In this document: piece after piece, positions 57,851-64,000 of the stretch
Layout: each line of letters opens with the position of its first letter
How positions within the stretch are numbered: the stretch's first letter is position 1
Origin: an uncultured Actinomycetes bacterium
GTDB taxonomy: Bacteria; Actinomycetota; Acidimicrobiia; IMCC26256; DASPTH01
Direction of reading: 5' to 3'
Assembly (NCBI GenBank): GCA_963755855.1
Contig: CAVWLR010000009.1
Coordinates: 538,244-602,243, forward strand
DNA: 64,000 bases
Program-made: the position numbers and the translations under genes
The notes under the pieces: model-generated
What the model saw: only the letters and a program-made list of their open reading frames with translations
The model's database searches: none
Told to the model about the DNA's origin: nothing

Positions 57851-58850
57851 TTGGCGGGATGCCGCAGGTCCGTCGAATCGGGTTCGCGCGCGCTTGTTGC
57901 CGGGCTGCTCGTGGTGCTCTGCACCACTGCTGGCGCCGTGCTCGCACCGTTCGCACACGCGCAGAGCGCGTCGAGCAACGCAACCGATCTGCGCCGCGCA
58001 AGCCGACGCGTTGTCGAGCAGGTACTTCTCCGCGCTCGACCGCGTGCAGTCGCTCGACGACGACATCGCGGCCAGCGAACAGCTGCGCGACGAGCTCGCC
58101 GACAAGGCCAAGGAAGCGCGTGACGCAGCGCGCGCACGCGCGCTCGTCGCGTACACGACGTCGGGGACGCAGCTCTCGACACTGGTCGACGGCGACGACA
58201 CGCTCGACACCGCGCGACGCGCACACCTGATCGATCGCGTCAACGCGCACGACCAGGACGTGTACGCGAAGTTGGAGAAGGCGACGCGCGCGCTGCACAA
58301 GCAGCAACAGGAGCTGAAGGCCACGCGCGCACGCGCAGGCCGACGCGCTCGACGAGCTCAAGTCGCAGGGCGCGGCGATCGACGCCAAGCTCGCCCAGGC
58401 CGAGGCGCAGGAGCAGGCGCAGACCGCGGCAGCCGCGGTCGCGGCGTCGAAGGCCGCCGAGACCACGACGACGGCAGCACCCGCGGGCGCACCCGCCGCC
58501 GCGGCCGCGCCCACGACCACCACCACGCTGGCTCCGGCACCGGCCGCGCCGGCGCCTCCGGCCGACTACTCGGGCACGCCCGGCTCGAGCCCGCACCACG
58601 ACGACCCGTTCCTCGCCTGCGTCCGCCAGCGCGAGAGCGGCGGCAACTACAGCGTCGTGAACCCGTCGGGTCCGTACCTCGGCGCCTACCAGTTCCTCCA
58701 GGCCACCTGGAACGTCACCGCCTCCCATGCCGGCCGCGGCGACCTCGTGGGCGTCCCGCCCAACGCCGGCGTCGCCGTACGACCAGGACGAGATGGCATG
58801 GACGCTCTACCAGTGGCAGGGCACCGGCCCCTGGGGCGGGGGCTGCTAGC
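57851..58850 (+). pseudogene. secreted coiled-coil protein with C-terminal Rpf-type transglycosylase-like domain (PF06737-like), 3 frameshifts
   Basis: The signal peptide, coiled-coil, CVRQRESGGNYSVVNPSGPYLGAYQFLQATWN and [26 protein letters not shown] segments lie in three different frames. Confidence 0.55.
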
Positions 58851-60521
58851 TCAGCTCGCAGGTCGATCTCCTCACCCGTGGCCGAGACGGCCCGGGTGAG
58901 CTCGAGCGCCTCGAGCAGGCGCCGGTCGTGGGTGACCACGAGCAGGGTGCCGTCGTAGCCGCCCAGCGCCTGCTCCAGCTGCTCGATCGCCTCGAGGTCG
59001 AGGTGGTTGGTGGGCTCGTCGAGCACCAGGCAGTTCACGCCCTGGGCGGCGAAGCCCGGCGAGCACCGCCCGGGTGCGCTCCCCCGGGGAGAGCGTGGAC
59101 GCGGTCCGCACCACGTGCTCGGCCCCGAGCCCGAACTTGGCGAGCAGCGACCGCGCCTCGGCGAGGTGCAGCCCGGTGGCGGCGATGAACGCGTCACCGA
59201 GCGGCTGGTCGACGGCGAACGCAGCGCGAGCCTGGTCCATCTCGCCCACCACCACGCTCGTGCCCAGCCACCGCTCACCGGCGGTGAGCGGGAGCCGGCC
59301 GAGCAGCGCGAGCAGGAGCGTCGTCTTGCCCGAACCGTTGGGCCCGACGATCGCCACCCGCTCGCTCCACCCGATCTCGAGGTCGACCGGACCGAGGGTG
59401 AACTCGCCGCGCTCGACGACCGCGCCGCGCAGGCGCATCACCACGTCGCCGCTGCGCGGCGCGCTCGCCACCTGGAAGCGCAGGTCCCAGCCCTCCCAGG
59501 GCTTGTCGACCACGTCGAGGCGGTCGATCGCGTCGCGCGTGGCGCGCGCCTTCGCCGCCTGCTTCTCCGACGTCGCGACCTTGAAGTGCCGGATGAACTT
59601 GTCGCTGCTCCGACGTGTCCTTCTTCGCCGTACGCGTGCCCTGCACCGACCACTCGCGTTGCGTGCGCGCGCGCTGTTCCAGCCGCGAACGCTCCGACCG
59701 GTACGTCGCGTAGTCCTCCTCCGCGTGACGTCGCGCCGTGGCGCGCGCGTCGAGGTATCCCGTCCAGCCGCCACCGAACTCGGTGCCCGAGTGCGAGTGC
59801 TCGTCGAGCTCGAGCACACGGGTCACGGTCCGCTCGAGGAAGGCGCGGTCGTGGCTCACGAGCACCACGCCGCCGGGCAGACCGTCGACGAAGGCCTCGA
59901 GGCGCTCCAGTCCCGCGAAGTCGAGATCGTTCGTGGGTTCGTCGAGGAGCAGCACGTCGTAGCGACTCAGGAGGATCGCCGCCAACGAGGCGCGGGCCGC
60001 TTCGCCACCCGAGAGCACGCGCATCGACGCGTCGAGCAGACGGGCCGCGAGGCCCAGGTCGTCGCACACGGCGCGGGCGCGCGCGTCGAGATCGGGCCCG
60101 CCGGCGGCGAGGTAGGCGTCGAGCGCTTCGGTGTAGGCGTCGGCGTTCTCGTCGGGCGCGTCGGCCAGCGCGGCGGCAGCGCGCTCGAGCTCGGCCTCCG
60201 CTGCGGTCACACCGGTGCGCCGCGCGAGGAACGCGAGCAGCGTCTCGTCGCGACGCTCCGGCTCCTGCGCGAGGTAGCCGACCCGCAGCGACGGTGGCGT
60301 GGCGGTGACCGAGCCGCATCGGGCGGTTCCTGCCCGGCGAGGATGCGGAGCAACGTGGTCTTGCCCACGCCGTTGGGGCCGACGACGCCGAGGCGGGTGC
60401 GCGGCCCGACCGACACGTCGACGTGGTCGAGCACGGTGTGCGCGCCGCGCTCGCGCGCGAGGTCGCGAGCGACGAGCGAGAAGGAGGACGGAGCGGTCGA
60501 GGGGTTCCGGGAGGACGGCAT
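58850..60521 (-). pseudogene. ABC-F family ATPase (two ABC domains), at least 3 frameshifts
   Basis: Pieces lie in ORFs 60207, 59275, 58872 and 58715. [40 protein letters not shown]. Confidence 0.65.
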
Positions 60522-60664
60522 GCTGATCCCAGGGTCGCGGAGAGCGGACGGCGAGCGGGGGATCAGGCGGTCACATGCGGAACACGGTAGCGCCGCGCCC
60601 ACGACGCGCTCGGCCCCATTTCGGATCGGTGGAGGGCCACCGGAGGCGCGCCGCGAGTCGTCGC

Positions 60665-61296
<632 letters not shown>

Positions 61297-61328
61297 CGTA
61301 GCCGGGACCGGCCGGTAGCCTCGCCCCC

Positions 61329-62127
61329 GTGCTGCGCCGGTTCACGTCGTTCGTCGTCTGCCTGTTCGCCCTCGCGCTCGTGCTCGCCGGGTGCGGCGGC
61401 GGTGGTGGCGACGCCACCCTCGGCAAGGAAGCCGCGTCCACGATCGCGCCGGCCACGACGGCCGCTCGCCGGCACGTCGTACATCGCCACGGTGAAGCCC
61501 GAGATCACGAAGGTCGAACGTCTACGACACGCCCGACGCCGGCGCGCCGACCCGCCAGTTCGACAACCCGTGGCTCTACGACCCGACGGTGCCCACGTCG
61601 AAGGTGCCCCAGGTGTTCCTCGTCAAGGAGCAGCGCGGACGGCTGGGTGCAGGTGCTCCTGCCGGTGCGTCCCAACGGCAGCACCGGATGGGTCAAGACC
61701 GACGACGTCACCCTGCAGGCCAACCCGTACCGCATCGACGTCCAGCTCGCCGCCCACACCATCACGGTCAACAAGGGCAACGACGTCGTGTACACCGGGC
61801 CCGGTCGCGGTCGGAGCCACCGATCCGCCGCTGCCCGACGTCGGCAAGCCCACGCCGACGCCCACCGGCGAGTACTACCTCCGCGTGCTGCTGCAGGCCC
61901 CCGATCCGAACACGGTCTACGGGCCGTACGCCTACGGCCTGTCGAGCCACTCCGACGCGCTCGACACGTTCGCCGGTGGTGACGCCGAGGTCGGCATCCA
62001 CGGCAACGACGACGCGTCGGTGCTGGGCCAGAACGTCACGCACGGCTGCATCCGCATGGACAACGCCGCCATCACGATGCTGGCCAAGCAGCTGCCCCTC
62101 GGCACGCCGGTCTCCGTCAACGCCTGA
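61329..62127 (+). pseudogene. L,D-transpeptidase (YkuD) lipoprotein, at least 4 frameshifts
   Basis: LAGC lipobox. Segments alternate across three frames. C-terminus HGNDDASVLGQNVTHGCIRMDN. Confidence 0.6.
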
Positions 62128-62326
62128 TCGATGCGCGCGCGCCTCGGCTCGCGCCGCGGCCCGGTACGGCCCGGCGCGGGCAGCAGGCCGTCGACTGGAA
62201 GACCGTCGACGTCGCGACCATGATCCGCACGTCACGACACGAGGCGAGAGGAGGCGGGCACGGCCGCCCCCACCACGCCGGCGACACCCACCGTGCGCGA
62301 CCACGGCCGAGCAGAGGGGCGAACAC

Positions 62327-63115
62327 GTGCAGATCGAGGGTGCGAACATCATCGTCACCGGGGCCTCGTCGGGGATCGGCGCCGCGCTCGGCCCGATGCT
62401 GGCGGCACGGGGCGCGAACGTGGGCCTGGTGGCCCGGCGCGCCGACCGGCTCGAGGAGGTGCTGACCGAATGCCGCGAGCACACGCCCGAGTCGCGCGCG
62501 TGGCCGGTCGACCTCGGCAACCTCGATGCCGCCGTGGAGCTCGTGCACCAGGCGGCGCGCGAGTGGGGACGGGTCGACTGCCTGGTCAACAACGCCGGCA
62601 TCCCCGCCCGCATCCCGGTGCGGCACCTCACCGGCGCCGACGTCGCGCACGTGATGGACGTGAACTTCCACGCCCCGGTGCGCATGTCGCTGGCGCTCCT
62701 CCCCGACTGGCTGACCCGCGGCGGCGGCTGCGTGGTCAACGTGTCGAGCCTCGGCGGCCGCCTGCCGATCGCCAACGAGGCCGCGTACTGCGCCAGCAAG
62801 TTCGCGCTGTGCGGGTGGACCGAGGGGATGGCCGTCGACCTCTACGGCACCGGCGTCGAGGTGAAGCTGGTGCTGCCCGGCCCCATCGACACCGAGATCT
62901 GGGACCAGCCGGGCAACGAGCCTGCCGCGTACCAGGGTCCGTTCGTGCCCGCGGCCGACGCCGCGCAGTCGGTGGTCGACGCCATCGAGGGCGAAGGCTT
63001 CGAGTGGTACGCACCGCCCGAGTTCCCCGGTGGTGGCCCGCAGCACGCGATCGTCGTCGGCAAGAGCAACGATCCGGGCGCATTCGTCGCCGCCATGGGA
63101 TCCATGAGAGCGTGA
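62327..63115 (+). CDS. SDR family oxidoreductase
   Basis: TGASSGIG...YCASK. Confidence 0.85.
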   Translation: MQIEGANIIVTGASSGIGAALGPMLAARGANVGLVARRADRLEEVLTECREHTPESRAWPVDLGNLDAAVELVHQAAREWGRVDCLVNNAGIPARIPVRHLTGADVAHVMDVNFHAPVRMSLALLPDWLTRGGGCVVNVSSLGGRLPIANEAAYCASKFALCGWTEGMAVDLYGTGVEVKLVLPGPIDTEIWDQPGNEPAAYQGPFVPAADAAQSVVDAIEGEGFEWYAPPEFPGGGPQHAIVVGKSNDPGAFVAAMGSMRA

Positions 63116-63139
63116 TGATGCCCACGTGATGGAGGAACT

Positions 63140-63876
63140 GTGAGCTGGAACGAGACCGAGGACCGTCTCTACTTCCGTCAGCTGCTGTCGGGCATCGACT
63201 TCGCTCGCGACGACGCGATGGCGCGCCAGATGGTCAACTTCGTGTACCTGGTCGGTGACCGCGAGACCGGCGAGGCCGTCGTGATCGATCCCGCGTACGG
63301 CGTCGGCGAGTTGGTCGACCTGCTCGCCGCCGACGGCCTGCGCCTCACCGGCGCGCTCGTCACCCACTACCACGCCGACCACTGCGGCGGCGACATCATG
63401 GGGTACTCGATCGAGGGTCTGCGCGAGCTCCTCGCCCTCGACGACGGCGGCGTGCCGGTGCACGTGCAGCGCGCCGAGGCCGAATGGGTGAAGCGGTCGA
63501 CCGGCGCTCTCCGACTCCGACCTCGCGCTGCACGACAGCGGCGACGTCGTGCACGCCGGCGGCATCCCGATCGAGCTCATGCACACGCCCGGGCACACGC
63601 CGGGCAGCCAGTGCTTCGTGGTCGACGGCCGGCTCGTCGCCGGCGACACGCTGTTCCTCGAGGGCTGCGGTCGCACCGACCTCCCCGGCTCCGATCCCGA
63701 CGCGATGTACGAGAGCCTCACGCGCCGGCTCGCCACCCTGCCCGACTCGACCGTGCTCTACCCCGGCCACCGCTACTCCCCCGCGGCCTCCGCGACCATG
63801 GGCGACACGCGCGCCACCAACTACGTGTTCCGCATCCCCACCCTGGAGCAGTGGCACGCCCTCATGGGCGGCTGAC
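63140..63876 (+). CDS. MBL-fold metallo-hydrolase (glyoxalase II-like), single frameshift near 63505
   Basis: THYHADHCGG is in frame 2. HTPGHTPGS... is in the frame of ORF 63549. Confidence 0.65.
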
Positions 63877-63882
63877 CCTCCT

Positions 63883-63894
63883 CAGAACGTTCTG
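63883..63894. repeat. 12-bp palindrome CAGAACGTTCTG, with CAGAACGTTCTGGCG shared with 12296
   Basis: Starts 7 nt after the MBL stop. Confidence 0.65.
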
Positions 63895-64000
63895 GCGCCA
63901 CCACTGTGTGACATGGACACCATTGCGGCGCCACATCGCTGCGAAGGGCGCTACGGGACCAGCTCGTAGCGCGCGGCGACGACCGCGAACAGCACGAGGC

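Overview
This is a 64 kb, roughly 72% GC chromosomal segment from an actinobacterium. A mycothiol-dependent enzyme, MmpL, dodecin, Ku/LigD-Pol and an Rpf-type domain all point that way. Genes are densely packed on both strands. The six-frame track is dominated by high-GC antisense shadow ORFs, so I made calls by protein-family recognition, start/RBS context and gene overlap, not ORF length. I found no transposases, integrases, CRISPR arrays or rRNA.

Supported content, in order along the window:
- A UGSC-like partial gene, two Tat-secreted ferritin-like paralogs, a SAM-methyltransferase/MarR/MFS/hypothetical operon, DUF2889, a mycothiol-dependent DinB_2 enzyme and ThuA.
- tRNA-Cys(GCA), an ABC exporter pair, two AMP-dependent CoA ligases, alpha/beta hydrolases, two tandem desulforedoxin-like miniproteins, a ferredoxin, an epoxide hydrolase and dodecin.
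- A three-gene operon of a low-molecular-weight phosphotyrosine phosphatase plus two Leu/Ile/Val-type substrate-binding proteins, then pirin and two paralogous secreted proteins.
- A LivHM-ATPase-SBP branched-chain-type ABC locus broken by at least 11 frameshifts.
- A hexapeptide acetyltransferase, a 738-aa SPFH/flotillin and a GNAT protein.
- A divergent Ku / LigD-polymerase-domain NHEJ pair and a glycine-rich secreted protein.
- PaaI thioesterase, an SCP-x-type thiolase and DUF35, followed by a MerR(GyrI) regulator downstream of an ABC exporter operon.
- An HExxH hydrolase, a CDF transporter fused to a SnoaL domain and a gamma-carbonic anhydrase.
- A 1035-aa protein with an XRE-type helix-turn-helix domain, a long disordered region and a DUF1080 domain.
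- A sugar-modification trio (NDP-sugar epimerase/dehydratase, DegT aminotransferase, GT2) next to an acyl-ACP thioesterase-like gene and an MmpL transporter.
- Cupin, ArsC, Aat, an Rpf-type transglycosylase-domain protein, an ABC-F ATPase, an AlkA-like glycosylase, an L,D-transpeptidase lipoprotein, an SDR and an MBL hydrolase.

The most striking property is that frameshifts are numerous and clustered in blocks at roughly 24.5-29.9 kb and 57.0-63.9 kb. Long genes in between are intact, and several frameshifts sit in G/C homopolymer runs. I cannot distinguish real gene decay from uneven sequence quality using sequence alone.

Other observations: a recurring palindrome family (CAGAACGTTCTGG) at gene 3' ends, a 15-nt direct-repeat array at the PTP/SBP junction, a MerR-type promoter dyad, and a remnant of an LAxTG-type sortase substrate.
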